Origin: Pseudomonadota bacterium
GTDB lineage: Bacteria; UBA10199; 2-02-FULL-44-16; JAAZCA01
DNA: 44,103 nt
Assembly (NCBI GenBank): GCA_043798915.1
Contig: JAZDOG010000070.1
Coordinates: 1-44,103 of the forward strand
Reading direction: 5' to 3'
The notes below the pieces were generated by a model. That model was not told where the DNA came from. It was given only the letters and a program-made list of their open reading frames with translations, and searched no databases. How positions within the stretch are numbered: position 1 is the first letter of the stretch; each line of letters begins with the position of its first letter. The translations under genes were made by a program, and so were the position numbers. This document shows, one piece after another, positions 28,965 to 39,522 of the stretch.

Positions 28965-29866
28965 TTTTCACACCCCTTGGTCGTGCTGTATACCTTGCCG
29001 GTGTCCGGATTATACCAGTAGTGTCGTCCAAAGGGGTCGACGATGAGACCGCGCTCCCCCAGGCGAAGTCCTTCCAGATAAGGAGTGTCTTCCTTTTCAC
29101 CCGGATGGCGCCATTTTTCATTGAGGAGACTTTCTATGGCCAGCGGATACTTGCCGGTGATCTGATAGTAAAGCGAGATGCCCAGGCGCAGATTTTTGAG
29201 CTCCATCTGCAGAAAGAGGTTCTTTCTGTGTCGGATACAGCGCCGGATGAGAAACAGGGCTGTTAATATGATGATGGCCACTCCGCTGCCGACGGCCAGG
29301 ATGAGAGGCAAGGACGTTCGCCGGATCTCCAGAATCTGCGCCTTTGTGAAATATTCCTCCGCGAGGCGCCTGTCTCCTCTGCCGAGGTATGCCCTGCCGA
29401 TCCCTTTCAGGGATGCGATATCCTTGGGATTGATGGAGAGCGCCTTTTTGAAGTGGTCGATGCTTTCATCGAATTTATTTATCCAGAGAGCCAGAGATCC
29501 CAGCCCCTGATAGGCCTCATAATTTTTGGGCTCCCGGGTCAAGACGTCCTGGTAATTTCTGGCGGCATTCTCGTTGTCCCCTTTCCACGCGTAGACGCGC
29601 GCCATTCCTATCTCGGCATCTATATATTTCGGCTCCCGGGCCAATATCCCTTCGAAGACCTTCAGGGCCTCTTCATATCTCTTGTCCCACGCGAGGTAAT
29701 TCCCCAAGCTGTAGGCGGCATCGAAGTTGGTGGAATCGGCCTCGTACACCTTTTGTTGTTTTGCGATCTCCGCATCGTAGTCGCCGGCGAAGAGGGAAAC
29801 CGGCAGCAGCATGCAGACGATTACGAAAGCGCAGCCCAAAAACCTCTTAAAATTTTTCGTGTTCAA
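28958..29866 (-). CDS. TPR protein with TM helix and GspG/pseudopilin-like C-terminal domain
   Basis: Signal peptide, 4 TPRs, hydrophobic [22 protein letters not shown], then [16 protein letters not shown]...DPFGRHYWY. Confidence 0.7.
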   Translation of the reverse strand: MNTKNFKRFLGCAFVIVCMLLPVSLFAGDYDAEIAKQQKVYEADSTNFDAAYSLGNYLAWDKRYEEALKVFEGILAREPKYIDAEIGMARVYAWKGDNENAARNYQDVLTREPKNYEAYQGLGSLALWINKFDESIDHFKKALSINPKDIASLKGIGRAYLGRGDRRLAEEYFTKAQILEIRRTSLPLILAVGSGVAIIILTALFLIRRCIRHRKNLFLQMELKNLRLGISLYYQITGKYPLAIESLLNEKWRHPGEKEDTPYLEGLRLGERGLIVDPFGRHYWYNPDTGKVYSTTKGCEKW

Positions 29867-31343
29867 ATTTCCCCCAGGTTTGAGACCCTTTTAGGAAATC
29901 AAATAAACCCTTTATCTGATAGACGAGCTGCAACTGGCGATAGCCGAACATGGACAGGGCCGCGAACAAAATCAGCAGGCTCACGTTTTTGATCCCGCGA
30001 TACTGAAAAAGGGATTCCGCCCCTTTTAGATCATAGATCTGGCCCTCGGACCACATCCCCAGCAGCACGCCGCAGATCGAAAGAAAGACCCCGTAAAGAA
30101 TAGAGGCGGCGAAGAAGAGGAGAAAGACGTCGGTATTGAGAAGCCCCAAAAAATAGAGGACCGGTATGGATATATATCCGGCCATCTCCAGCATCGGGCC
30201 GAGGAATTCAAAGAGAAACTGATATGGCATGGCAAAAAGTCCGATCTGTTTGTAGGCCGGATTGAATAACATCTTTTTATGGCAAAAGAGTGTCTGCGCC
30301 AGCCCCCTGAACCATCTGTTTCGCTGTTTTCCGAAATCCCTGACATTCTCGGGGCCCTGCGACCAGGTGACAGGATAAGGGAGAAATTCGATGTGTCCCG
30401 GGAGTTTCTTTTCAAGGAGATAGCGGTAAATTCGAACGATGACCTCCATGTCCTCGCATATGGTCTGTCTGGTTCCGCAGTATTCCTGAACGATCCTGGA
30501 GGTAGTGCGACCGCTCAGGAAGCCGCCGACCTCCAGCAGCAGGTCGCGGCGAAAGAATGCAAAGACGCCTGACAGGATCAACAGCGAATTGAGCTCCGCG
30601 AGGGCGGTTCGACCGGCGGTAAAAGATCTCATATATTCCACCACCTGAAACATGGCCAGCCAGTTCCTGGGCAGACCCACCTTCACAACCCTGCCCTTTT
30701 CGATTTTACAACCGTTTGCGATCCCCACCTGTCCCCCGCAGGCCACTATGCGTTCCGGCTCCTCCACGATAGGCTGAACCACCTGCAGGAGCGCTTCCGA
30801 ATCGATGAGGGAATCGGCATCCATGCAACAGACATAAGGCGAAGTGGCGGCGTTGAGGCCGGCATTGAGGGCATCCGCTTTTCCACTGTTCTCCTTATCC
30901 ACAAGGACAAGCCGGGTGATAGTGCCGCCGGCGGGAGGAGTGGCTTCATAGAAACCGCGTATTGCAGCGGTTGCAAGCCGGCCTTCATATCCGACGTCAT
31001 GGCGGACAAATCCGAAGACATCGATCAACTCCTCCACTGTCTTGTCGGAGGACCCGTCGTTGACTATTATTATCTCAAGACGGGGATATCTGAGTTCCAT
31101 CAACGAGCGGATATTTTCCGCAATGGTCTGTTGTTCATTGAAGGCCGGAACGAGAAGGGCGACCGAAGGGGTGGAAGGTGAATCGTAGATGATCGTGAAA
31201 TCCAGGAATCTTTTGCGCCGCAGGAAAAACCGCACTTTTATCCATGCCACCAGCATCAAAAAGAGGTTGATGGAATTGTAGACCACGAAATAGACTATGG
31301 CCACAGTTTCCCATATTCTTATGAACAGCATCACAAGCTCCAT
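29847..31343 (-). CDS. Processive family-2 glycosyltransferase (PgaC/IcaA/YaiP-like synthase)
   Basis: PAFNE, VNDGSSD, GKADALN, DADS, CEDME, QRNRW; N- and C-terminal TM helices. Confidence 0.93.
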   Translation of the reverse strand: MELVMLFIRIWETVAIVYFVVYNSINLFLMLVAWIKVRFFLRRKRFLDFTIIYDSPSTPSVALLVPAFNEQQTIAENIRSLMELRYPRLEIIIVNDGSSDKTVEELIDVFGFVRHDVGYEGRLATAAIRGFYEATPPAGGTITRLVLVDKENSGKADALNAGLNAATSPYVCCMDADSLIDSEALLQVVQPIVEEPERIVACGGQVGIANGCKIEKGRVVKVGLPRNWLAMFQVVEYMRSFTAGRTALAELNSLLILSGVFAFFRRDLLLEVGGFLSGRTTSRIVQEYCGTRQTICEDMEVIVRIYRYLLEKKLPGHIEFLPYPVTWSQGPENVRDFGKQRNRWFRGLAQTLFCHKKMLFNPAYKQIGLFAMPYQFLFEFLGPMLEMAGYISIPVLYFLGLLNTDVFLLFFAASILYGVFLSICGVLLGMWSEGQIYDLKGAESLFQYRGIKNVSLLILFAALSMFGYRQLQLVYQIKGLFDFLKGSQTWGKFEHEKF

Positions 31344-34300
31344 CGCTTTACGGCTTCCCGCACCTCGCCGACAGGGTCCTGCGCCAGGGCCCTGACGGCC
31401 TGATCTATCTCCGGCTTCCTGATCTGCCCCAGCGCCTTGACGCTCGCCAGGCGGACCATGCCGGCCGGATCCTTGAGCGCGCGGACGATGTCGACGGCAA
31501 ACCGCGGGAGGTCAAGAGCGGAGAGACAGCCTACGGCCCTCTTCCTCACATCTGCGCCCTGGCCGTGTTTGAGATCGACCAGGAGCTCTTTGAAGATGCC
31601 TTCTTTCTCCAGACGGTCCAAAAACACCTCTCTCTTTTCCTTCTCGATATCCCCGATGTCCTTTGCCAGTTGGCCGGACATATCGTCCTTGTTCAGATGA
31701 TAGAGGGAGAGCAGGCTCATGGCCCTCACCTTCGGATCCTCGTCGCGAACGAGCTTGTTCAATATATCCAAAGGACGTTTTTCTCCGATCGACATCTTTT
31801 TCCCCAGAATATTTGCTATCTCGGCGCGGATATTCACCGATGGATCCTCCAGCCGGCCCTCGAATGTATCCATCGCTTCGGCATCCGGCTCTTTACCCAG
31901 TTCCCTGATCGCAGTCATGCGTATCGCCTCCTGCGGGTCTTCGCTGAGCCTGATCCAGTCGTTCTTCGCCAGGGCTCCGGATTCAGACGCCGCCGTGACG
32001 GCGTCAATCCTGACATCGGGATCGCCATGCCTTGTGAATTTCACAAAGAGAGGCGCAATGGCCGGGTCGCCGATCTTTCCCAGAGTTTCGATCAGACCCA
32101 GGATGCGCTCCTTTTTTTCCGTTCCGAGCAGCTGATCGGCAAGGGTGCGCCAGTCTTTGCGATAGAGGCGTGCGAGAAGGCCGGCCACCGCTCCGCGGAT
32201 ATACTCATCGGGGCTATCGAGCGATGGGATCAGGAGCTCCCGCGATTTTTCCAATCCCTCGGGAAAAGATCGGGTCAGCATCGACAGGGCCTTTGCGCGG
32301 ACCTCGTCGGATGGATCCTGAAGCGCCTTTATGATTATGGGCGCCAGCTTTTCTTTATCAAGTATATTGACCAGCGCGCCTAGCGCCGCTGCACGCACGC
32401 TCGGCATCGGGTCCTTGGAGAAGGCATGTTCGATCGCCGGAAGAGCGGATATTGCGCCAAGGGCAGTCATGGCCTCTATCGCCTTCAGACGATCGGAGAC
32501 TTCGCGGCTCGACTCCAGAAGATGGATATAATGTTCTGCGCCATCCTTTGACTTGTCCTGCCAGAGGACATTGGGGGAGAGAGAGAGAAACGCGAAGAAA
32601 CTGTCGTTGAACTCCTGGGGCAGTCCCTTCAAAAATCGCCCCAGGAGGGGGCGCATGCGCTTGTCATGGACGGCCTTGAGTATCTCCTGAAAGGAAGCGC
32701 GGTCTTTTAAGAGCGCCAATCCCACCAATCCGGCCGCCTTCGAATTTTCATCGGTCGAAAGTTCCATCCACCTTCGAACTTCTTTTGGCAGTTCCCCTTC
32801 TGCGGGCCCTGTTGCAAGGCAGCCCATCGCCAGCACGACACGCTGGCACACAAAGGCATCCGATTCGTGCCTCAACAAGGGGAGCAGGTTCGCGATCGCC
32901 GAAGGGTCGCCGCTTTTGCCCAGCGCGTTGACCACCGCAGCCCTTACTCTTTCGTTGGGATCGCCCAGATATTCCAATAATAGGGGGGCATTTTCTTTTT
33001 TTCTAAAGTTTCCCAGAGCGCCAGCGGTCGACGCACGAACAAGAGGTTCAGGATCTTTCAAAAAAGTGCCAAGCAACCTAACTGACCTTTCATCCCCGAT
33101 CAATCCCAATGTCCACGCAACTCCAGCTCTGGTTTTTGAGTGGGGAAGCCCCATCAATGTGTCGAGCAGCTGATAAAACTTTTGGGCAGGCATAGACGCC
33201 AATGCCGCGGCAATATCATCCCTGTACCCTTCATCCGCCCGTTCAAAGGCCTCTGCCAAGGGATTTATAGCCTCCGGATCCTCAAGTTTCCCCAGACTTT
33301 TTACCGATGCAATCCGTACCTCACGGTTATTATCCAGCAGTGCCGCAACTAGAGCTTCTGTGATCTGTGGTCTGTGGTCTGTAAATCCTCCCAGCGCCTC
33401 CGCCGCTTCCACTCGGACCTCGGGGACGGCATCGGCAAGGGAGGCGAGGAGCGTCGGAAGAATTTTTTCGTTCTGCAGTTTTCCCAGGACCTTTACGGCC
33501 TCGATGCGGACCTTTTGGTTGGGGTCCTGGACAAGGGAGATTATGGCGTCGGCCAGCTGATCGACCAGCTTCACGGATGCATACTCCAGGGCAATCAGCA
33601 ATCTTTCGCGAAAGGTCTCATCCTCTTTGCTCAGTGCGTCTATGATGACCGGCACGGCTTTGGGACTCGCCAATCGCACCAGAGCCACCAGCGCCTCAAG
33701 GCGCACGACCCACCGGTCGTCGTCGCGGGCCAATTCTATCAGGGCCTCCAGGCTGCGCGAGTTTGAGCTTTCCGCCAGGATGCGACAGAGGCGTATGCGG
33801 ATCTCCAGCTTGGGATTTTTCAGGGAATGCGTCAGCGTCTCCACCACGCCTGCCTTTGCAATTTTGGACAGGAGCTCAAAGGCCGGTTGCCAGGTATCGA
33901 AGCCAAGCTCCTCGACCTTCTTCGCAACCACGCCGATCCGTTCCAGGGCGGCCGCAGCCTGCGCAACCGCCTCTTTGGACCTTTCGGAGAGTCCATCGAG
34001 GAAGAAGGGAAGCGCCTTCTCCCCCATCTTCTCCATGGCCTCCATGGCTTTTCTGCGCGTGGTGTAGTCGTAATTCTTCAGCGCGAGTTTCAGATCGGAA
34101 AGCGAACGATCATCCCCGATCTTCCCCAAGGCCTCGGCGGCCGCTTCCCTCACCTGTGATACCGGATCTTCTATCAGCATCCTGCCGAGCGGGGAGACCC
34201 CCTCATGAATCTGCAGACGGCCTATGGAGAGGGCCGCTTCGGTGCGCACCTTGTCCGAGTGATCATTGAGCGCGTTCAGCAGCGCGCGGGTTGCTCTATG

Positions 34301-34990
34301 GGCATTCAATGCCCCGAGAATTCTTGCCGCCCAAAACCTCTGCATCTCTTTTTCCGAGGACTCGAGAGCATCTATCAGGGGATCTACCGCTTTCTCCCCG
34401 AACTGCACCAGGACGTCGGCCAAAGGCTGGCCAGCGGACGGATCGGGAAGCCCTAGACCATTGACGAGAGGCGCTATGGCCCTCTCATCGCGGATGCGCC
34501 CCAAGGCGCGCGTGACGACGCTCTTCACCTCTCGATCCTCGGCGGGGTCGCTCAAGATCGCTATCATAGGCAGGGCCGCGCTGGGATGGGCTATGTGCCC
34601 CAGTTTGTCGGCCGCCTCGGCCCTCTCCTGCCATGATTTCGATTCCTGCATGGCCTTGATACATTTTTCGACGAGGCCGATGTGATCGTAGATGTTCGCC
34701 AGCTTCCGGGCCGTGGTCCTGGGCATGCCTTCGGCGGTGCGCGCATATTCATCGAGAACGGATTCAATGATGTTCAGCGGAAAGGTCTGCTTGAGATTCA
34801 CGGCAAGCGGAAGGAGCCCATCTACATCGATTTCATTCAGATTCCCTACGAGCGCAAGGCAGCGACTGCGCATTTTTTGCCACGACCTTTTTTTAAAGGA
34901 GTATATCGCTTCACGGACCAGGACTAACAGGATCAATATCCCGATAGCGGCGAGAAGAAACGGTATGGCGAGTTTTAGTATTCCGACCAT
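31331..34990 (-). CDS. Membrane-anchored HEAT (PBS-lyase-like) repeat protein, 1219 aa
   Basis: N-terminal TM helix, then continuous D...VR..AA.ALG repeats to the C-terminus. Confidence 0.92.
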   Translation of the reverse strand: MVGILKLAIPFLLAAIGILILLVLVREAIYSFKKRSWQKMRSRCLALVGNLNEIDVDGLLPLAVNLKQTFPLNIIESVLDEYARTAEGMPRTTARKLANIYDHIGLVEKCIKAMQESKSWQERAEAADKLGHIAHPSAALPMIAILSDPAEDREVKSVVTRALGRIRDERAIAPLVNGLGLPDPSAGQPLADVLVQFGEKAVDPLIDALESSEKEMQRFWAARILGALNAHRATRALLNALNDHSDKVRTEAALSIGRLQIHEGVSPLGRMLIEDPVSQVREAAAEALGKIGDDRSLSDLKLALKNYDYTTRRKAMEAMEKMGEKALPFFLDGLSERSKEAVAQAAAALERIGVVAKKVEELGFDTWQPAFELLSKIAKAGVVETLTHSLKNPKLEIRIRLCRILAESSNSRSLEALIELARDDDRWVVRLEALVALVRLASPKAVPVIIDALSKEDETFRERLLIALEYASVKLVDQLADAIISLVQDPNQKVRIEAVKVLGKLQNEKILPTLLASLADAVPEVRVEAAEALGGFTDHRPQITEALVAALLDNNREVRIASVKSLGKLEDPEAINPLAEAFERADEGYRDDIAAALASMPAQKFYQLLDTLMGLPHSKTRAGVAWTLGLIGDERSVRLLGTFLKDPEPLVRASTAGALGNFRKKENAPLLLEYLGDPNERVRAAVVNALGKSGDPSAIANLLPLLRHESDAFVCQRVVLAMGCLATGPAEGELPKEVRRWMELSTDENSKAAGLVGLALLKDRASFQEILKAVHDKRMRPLLGRFLKGLPQEFNDSFFAFLSLSPNVLWQDKSKDGAEHYIHLLESSREVSDRLKAIEAMTALGAISALPAIEHAFSKDPMPSVRAAALGALVNILDKEKLAPIIIKALQDPSDEVRAKALSMLTRSFPEGLEKSRELLIPSLDSPDEYIRGAVAGLLARLYRKDWRTLADQLLGTEKKERILGLIETLGKIGDPAIAPLFVKFTRHGDPDVRIDAVTAASESGALAKNDWIRLSEDPQEAIRMTAIRELGKEPDAEAMDTFEGRLEDPSVNIRAEIANILGKKMSIGEKRPLDILNKLVRDEDPKVRAMSLLSLYHLNKDDMSGQLAKDIGDIEKEKREVFLDRLEKEGIFKELLVDLKHGQGADVRKRAVGCLSALDLPRFAVDIVRALKDPAGMVRLASVKALGQIRKPEIDQAVRALAQDPVGEVREAVKRWSL
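33357..33382. repeat. TCTGTGG heptamer tandem inside the HEAT gene
   Basis: tctgtga-tctgtgg-tctgtgg-tctgt, encodes TDHRPQIT. Confidence 0.65.
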
Positions 34991-35006
34991 ATGCGCCGCT
35001 TTCGCG

Positions 35007-35378
35007 TCATTTGAGCAGCCCCTTGACCTTTTTTAACAGATTGCTCGACTCGAATGGTTTGGTGATAAAATCATCGGCGCCGACCTCTTTCCCCCAGAAT
35101 TTGTCGCTATCCTGCGTCTTGGCGGTCAGTATCATGACCGGGATATTCTTTGTGCTTTCGCTGTTTTTTAACTCCCGGCATGCCTGATACCCATTCAGCT
35201 TGGGCATCATGACATCCAGCAGGATGAGGTCGGGTTTGTCGCTCCTTGCCCTATCCAACCCCTCCTGGCCGTCGTTAGCAGTCAAAACCTCATAGTTTGC
35301 CATCTCCAGACGAACCTTGAGCAGGTCCGCAATTTCACGCTCATCGTCAATTATCAGGATTCGTTTCTTTTCAGCCAT
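35007..35378 (-). CDS. Single-domain response regulator (PilH-like)
   Basis: ILIIDDE, PDLILLDVMMP, LTAK, SDKFWG, TKPF; GGAGG RBS. Confidence 0.93.
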   Translation of the reverse strand: MAEKKRILIIDDEREIADLLKVRLEMANYEVLTANDGQEGLDRARSDKPDLILLDVMMPKLNGYQACRELKNSESTKNIPVMILTAKTQDSDKFWGKEVGADDFITKPFESSNLLKKVKGLLK

Positions 35379-35798
35379 TGTCTCTCCTCCCTTTTTGCAA
35401 CGAATGAAATTACTACCATATCACCGAACGAAGCATAAGAAAAAAACATATTACTATGCCGAACTACCGGGGCCGAACATCGACAGACGCACAGCCGGAG
35501 CGGGGGCTCCAGCGCGGTCTCGAAGTGAAAATCCTCTTTGCGATATCCCTCGATCTCCTCCGCAGCAATTCCATCTTCGCCTATGGCCAGCGAGAATCGC
35601 TTCGGATGGAAGGCCTGTCAAAATCCTTAAAGAGCTCCATGTGTCTGGCATCCCCCCTTATTTATAGATGGATAGCCAAAATTCGACAAGAGAATGATTC
35701 AATTCATTTCTTTTTCCCTTGCTCGCCGCATCCGCCTATACTAAGCACACCCCCTTTCCGTTATCCAACCAGCAACCAACAACAGAGGAGAAGAGGCC

Positions 35799-36359
35799 AT
35801 GGCAAATGTGAACAGTCTGCCGGGGATCAACACCAGGTTTGACGGTTTCAACATCAACAACAAGTCGGGCAGAAATCACCACGATGAAGGCTACGTGGAA
35901 TATGCTTGTAACCGCGATGATTGGTTCAAAGATAATTTCGACATGGCCGGCAGGAAAATTTCAGATCACAAATATCAGTTGGAGATAGCCGTTAACAGCG
36001 AGGCCCAGATGGGGCTCTGGAACGACGGGAGAGTCGTCCTGACGTATGACGACGCGACAAATCGTTGGAACATGAAGGCCTTTGTAAATGGAAGAGAATG
36101 GACCTTTTGCAATCCGGCTGCTGCGGTAAGCTTGATCGTTTCCGGCCTTGCGTGTTTTGCATCCGATCCTGCGTCGAAAAAGGAACCGGCGAAAGAAAGC
36201 GACCTCCCGGCAAGCATCCGGGCGCTTGCCTCCAGCATAGAGCAGGATGCCAATGGCATTGTAGCCACTGCAAGCAGATACATGGCCAACAACGGTTGTA
36301 ACCGCGTCACCTGGCCTTATTCGATGGAAGAAACTAAGGCTGTATATTTTGATTTTTGA
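35799..36359 (+). CDS. Hypothetical protein
   Basis: 186-aa ORF with purine-rich RBS; no motif recognised. Confidence 0.6.
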   Translation: MANVNSLPGINTRFDGFNINNKSGRNHHDEGYVEYACNRDDWFKDNFDMAGRKISDHKYQLEIAVNSEAQMGLWNDGRVVLTYDDATNRWNMKAFVNGREWTFCNPAAAVSLIVSGLACFASDPASKKEPAKESDLPASIRALASSIEQDANGIVATASRYMANNGCNRVTWPYSMEETKAVYFDF

Positions 36360-36417
36360 GCCGCAGCTTGAAGCCCGCATTCGGTACTGCCAGCAACAAT
36401 ATTCAAAAGGAGGGAAC

Positions 36418-36885
36418 ATGGGCTGCTATAAAATATTCGCAGTGCTCGTGATCGCTTGTCTTTTTATATTCAGCACTACACTGGGAATTGCGAAGGGCGT
36501 GCCGCCGGGTCAGGCAAAAAAGCAGGGAATGTCGACACAATCAGCTGCGGCTTCTTCGACACCGCCGGGGTGGCAGCGCGGAAAGAAGACGGGCTGGCAT
36601 GGGGGAAAAAATCCGCCGGGTTGGTCCAAGTGGGACAAAGGAAAACAAACAAAGTGGATGGACGATCGCGATCAGGCCCTCCATGAGATCAGTAACGTAT
36701 CGGCTCAATACAGAATATCGTCGTCCAAACGAAACGAAATCGACTCGGCCTTCAACGAGGCGATCGCAGGCGGGCTCCTTATCAAAGACGCCAAAGACAA
36801 GCTCGTTGGCGCGCTCAAGGATGAGACTTCACGCAAGGCCCTCATGATCGATACGGCGCAGTCGGTCCTGGAGCTCCTAAAATAG
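36418..36885 (+). CDS. Secreted hypothetical protein with PPG repeats
   Basis: AGGAGG RBS, signal peptide, PPGQAKK / PPGWQRGKKTGW / PPGWSKW. Confidence 0.75.
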   Translation: MGCYKIFAVLVIACLFIFSTTLGIAKGVPPGQAKKQGMSTQSAAASSTPPGWQRGKKTGWHGGKNPPGWSKWDKGKQTKWMDDRDQALHEISNVSAQYRISSSKRNEIDSAFNEAIAGGLLIKDAKDKLVGALKDETSRKALMIDTAQSVLELLK

Positions 36886-36982
36886 AAACTACTGCCTGCG
36901 AAGCGAACCACCGGGACCGGTGGTTTAATGTTTCTATTTACAAATACCCTAAGTCATCATAGTTAATAGCGAAATCGGTACA

Positions 36983-37070
36983 GGAGGGGTGGGAGAGTGG
37001 CCGATTCCAGCTGCCTGCTAAGCAGTTGTACCTCACAAGGGTACCGCGGGTTCGAACCCCGCCCCCTCCG
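36983..37070 (+). tRNA. tRNA-Ser(GCT)
   Basis: GGAGGGG/CCCCTCC acceptor stem, GCTGC-CTGCTAA-GCAGT anticodon arm, long variable arm, GGTTCGAACCC; CCA not encoded. Confidence 0.95.
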
Positions 37071-37117
37071 CAAAAAAGAAACGGGACCCAAACCCGGTCC
37101 CGTTTCTTTTTTGCGGA
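37067..37117. terminator. Perfect 22-bp inverted repeat, probable bidirectional terminator
   Basis: tccgcaaaaaagaaacgggacc / ggtcccgtttcttttttgcgga between convergent tRNA-Ser and gpmA. Confidence 0.8.
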
Positions 37118-37157
37118 AGGCCGAGCGCCTGCGCAAGGCGCAGCTCGGTCACATTTG

Positions 37158-37904
37158 CTATTTTGCCTTGCCCTGATTTGCCACGGCGGCGAGTCTTTTT
37201 TTCACTTCTTCCTGATCCCCGAGATAGTAGTTTTTCAGCGGCTTCATGTCGTCGTCCAGTTCGTAGACCAGGGGGATGCCCGTGGGAATGTTGACGCCCA
37301 CGATCTTGTCATCGGGGATGCCATCCAGATATTTCACGATCGCGCGCAGCGAATTGCCGTGCGCAGCGACGATGACCCTCTTGCCGGCCTTGACCGCCGG
37401 TGCGATCGCCTGATGCCAATAGGGGAGGGCCCTCTCCACCGTGTCCTTGAGGCATTCGGTGAGCGGGATTTCCTTTTTGCCGAGATCCTTATAGCGCGGG
37501 TCCATGGCCGGATTTCTCTTGTCGCCCTCTTCAAGCGGAGCGGGCCTTGTGTCGTAGCTTCGCCGCCAGAGGAGGACCTGGCTTTCGCCGTATTTCGCCG
37601 CGGTCTCGGACTTGTTGAGACCCTGCAGGGCGCCGTAATGTTTTTCGTTGAGCCGCCAGGAATTGTGGACGGGGATCCACATGAGGTCCATCGCATCCAT
37701 CACGAGCCACAGCGAGCGGATGGCGCGCTTGAGGACCGACGTGAAGGCCAGGTCGAACGTGAAGTTTTCCTTTTTCAGGATCTGCCCGGCATTTCGCGCC
37801 TCCCGGATTCCATCTTCGGACAGATCCACATCCGTCCAGCCCGTGAAGAGGTTTTCCTTGTTCCAGACGCTTTCTCCGTGCCGGAGCAATACCAGTTTTT
37901 TCAT
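37158..37904 (-). CDS. gpmA: 2,3-bisphosphoglycerate-dependent phosphoglycerate mutase
   Basis: [39 protein letters not shown]. Confidence 0.98.
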   Translation of the reverse strand: MKKLVLLRHGESVWNKENLFTGWTDVDLSEDGIREARNAGQILKKENFTFDLAFTSVLKRAIRSLWLVMDAMDLMWIPVHNSWRLNEKHYGALQGLNKSETAAKYGESQVLLWRRSYDTRPAPLEEGDKRNPAMDPRYKDLGKKEIPLTECLKDTVERALPYWHQAIAPAVKAGKRVIVAAHGNSLRAIVKYLDGIPDDKIVGVNIPTGIPLVYELDDDMKPLKNYYLGDQEEVKKRLAAVANQGKAK

Positions 37905-37917
37905 ATGATAATTTTCC

Positions 37918-38772
37918 TTATATCTTTGCGACGTGAAGTGCGACGAGGGCGGCGATGCCGGCCGCCCAGCAGTAATATGAGAACCACGAGATATTCCCCT
38001 TCTGGATTATGGCGAGCATCCATCGCACACATGCAAAACCCACGATCGCCGAAACGACGGTGCCGACGATCACCGCCGGCAGGATGTCAGAGGTGAGAAG
38101 CCTGAAGTCCTTCATCTGGAGCATCACCGCGCCGCCGATGGCGGGGACCGAGAGCAGGAAGGCGAATCTCGCGGCGTGCCTTCTGTCGAATCCCATGAAG
38201 AGCCCGCCGGAGATCGTCGAGCCAGATCGGGATATGCCCCGAAACAGCGCCGAAACGGCCTGCATGAGACCGATCACCAGGGCGTGCCACCATTTTGTCC
38301 CGGAGAGCGAGATATCCTTCTTCGGCGCGAATCGCGTGCACCACAGCATGACGCCGGTGATCAGGAACATGCAGGCCGCGAACGTGGCGTTGGAGATCAT
38401 TCGCTCCAGAAAGTGTTTGAATGGCGCCGCGATGACGACGGCCGGCAGCGTGCCGATGATGAGAAGCAAACCCAGCTTGCGGCCCTCGCGCGGTGTGAGC
38501 TTTCCCGGCTCCGATGCTGCGCCGGGTTGGTCCTTCCAGCAAAAGAAGCTCGTGACGATCTGGACGATATCGCGCCAGAATACGGCGATGACCGCGGCCA
38601 ATGTCCCCGCGTGCAGGCAGACGTCGAATGCCAGCAGCTTGCCGTTTTCGAGGGAGATGCCCAGCAGCTGCTGCACGATGACCAGGTGCCCGGAGCTGGA
38701 GACCGGCAGGAATTCCGTGGCGCCCTGCAGGGCGCCCAGACAGACGGCGGTCAACATAGAAAGATGTTCCAT
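37918..38772 (-). CDS. uppP: Undecaprenyl-diphosphate phosphatase (BacA)
   Basis: [33 protein letters not shown]; start at ATG 38772. Confidence 0.95.
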   Translation of the reverse strand: MEHLSMLTAVCLGALQGATEFLPVSSSGHLVIVQQLLGISLENGKLLAFDVCLHAGTLAAVIAVFWRDIVQIVTSFFCWKDQPGAASEPGKLTPREGRKLGLLLIIGTLPAVVIAAPFKHFLERMISNATFAACMFLITGVMLWCTRFAPKKDISLSGTKWWHALVIGLMQAVSALFRGISRSGSTISGGLFMGFDRRHAARFAFLLSVPAIGGAVMLQMKDFRLLTSDILPAVIVGTVVSAIVGFACVRWMLAIIQKGNISWFSYYCWAAGIAALVALHVAKI

Positions 38773-38934
38773 GAATCCTCCCCTTATTTCCGCATTGCCT
38801 AGCATGATTTGTATCTCTGGGAAAGTGTCTAAAAGCGGCGGTGCGACGATTCGCTTGACGCGGCAATGATGCCCCGGATAAAGATAAATTACTATCAACG
38901 CGATAGGGCGTTGGATTGAATCACGGAGACTGTC

Positions 38935-39519
38935 ATGAAAAAAACATTATCCTTTCTTGCCATGATGGCGGCGTTTCTGGTCGCGGCGACGGCTGTGGCA
39001 GAGACGCCTAATTTCACGATAAGGAAATTTTCGGAAAACGAGTTCTCCACCTTCACGAAGGTCTTCGGCGAGATGCGCGGGCCGCTCCGCTCGGAGATAC
39101 TCAAGGACAAGAAGACTGATTTCGAAAACGCCGATCCGCTCAAATACGTGATGAAGGTCAAGGATGCGAAGGACGTGAAGAAGGCCCTCAAGGACGCCGG
39201 GATAACCTGGGATCAATTCGAAGAGCTCATGGGCAACGTCCTCATGGCCTATTTCAGCATCCAGCCGGAGAAGACGAAAGCAGCGCTCATCAAACAGCTG
39301 GCCGACTACGGCCTCTTCATGAATGTGGACGCGATCCCCGAGGAATACCGGTCGCTCGTGACCGAGGTCCTCAAGACCGACGCCGGGGCGGCCCTCGCCG
39401 GCGCCGCGCTCGAGATGGTCATACAGATCCCGCCGGAGAACGTCGCCATCGCCAAAAAGGAACAGAAGCAGCTCGACCGCTTCTTCTACACGAAATACTG
39501 GAAGGACAAGCTGGGGTGA
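38935..39519 (+). CDS. Secreted hypothetical helical protein
   Basis: Signal peptide ending AVA-E; host-like GC3 codon usage. Confidence 0.75.
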   Translation: MKKTLSFLAMMAAFLVAATAVAETPNFTIRKFSENEFSTFTKVFGEMRGPLRSEILKDKKTDFENADPLKYVMKVKDAKDVKKALKDAGITWDQFEELMGNVLMAYFSIQPEKTKAALIKQLADYGLFMNVDAIPEEYRSLVTEVLKTDAGAALAGAALEMVIQIPPENVAIAKKEQKQLDRFFYTKYWKDKLG

Positions 39520-39522
39520 CCG

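Noticed and set aside
35400..37160. Integrative element at tRNA-Ser or tRNA-Pro
   Set aside because: No integrase and no duplicated tRNA 3' end seen in the window
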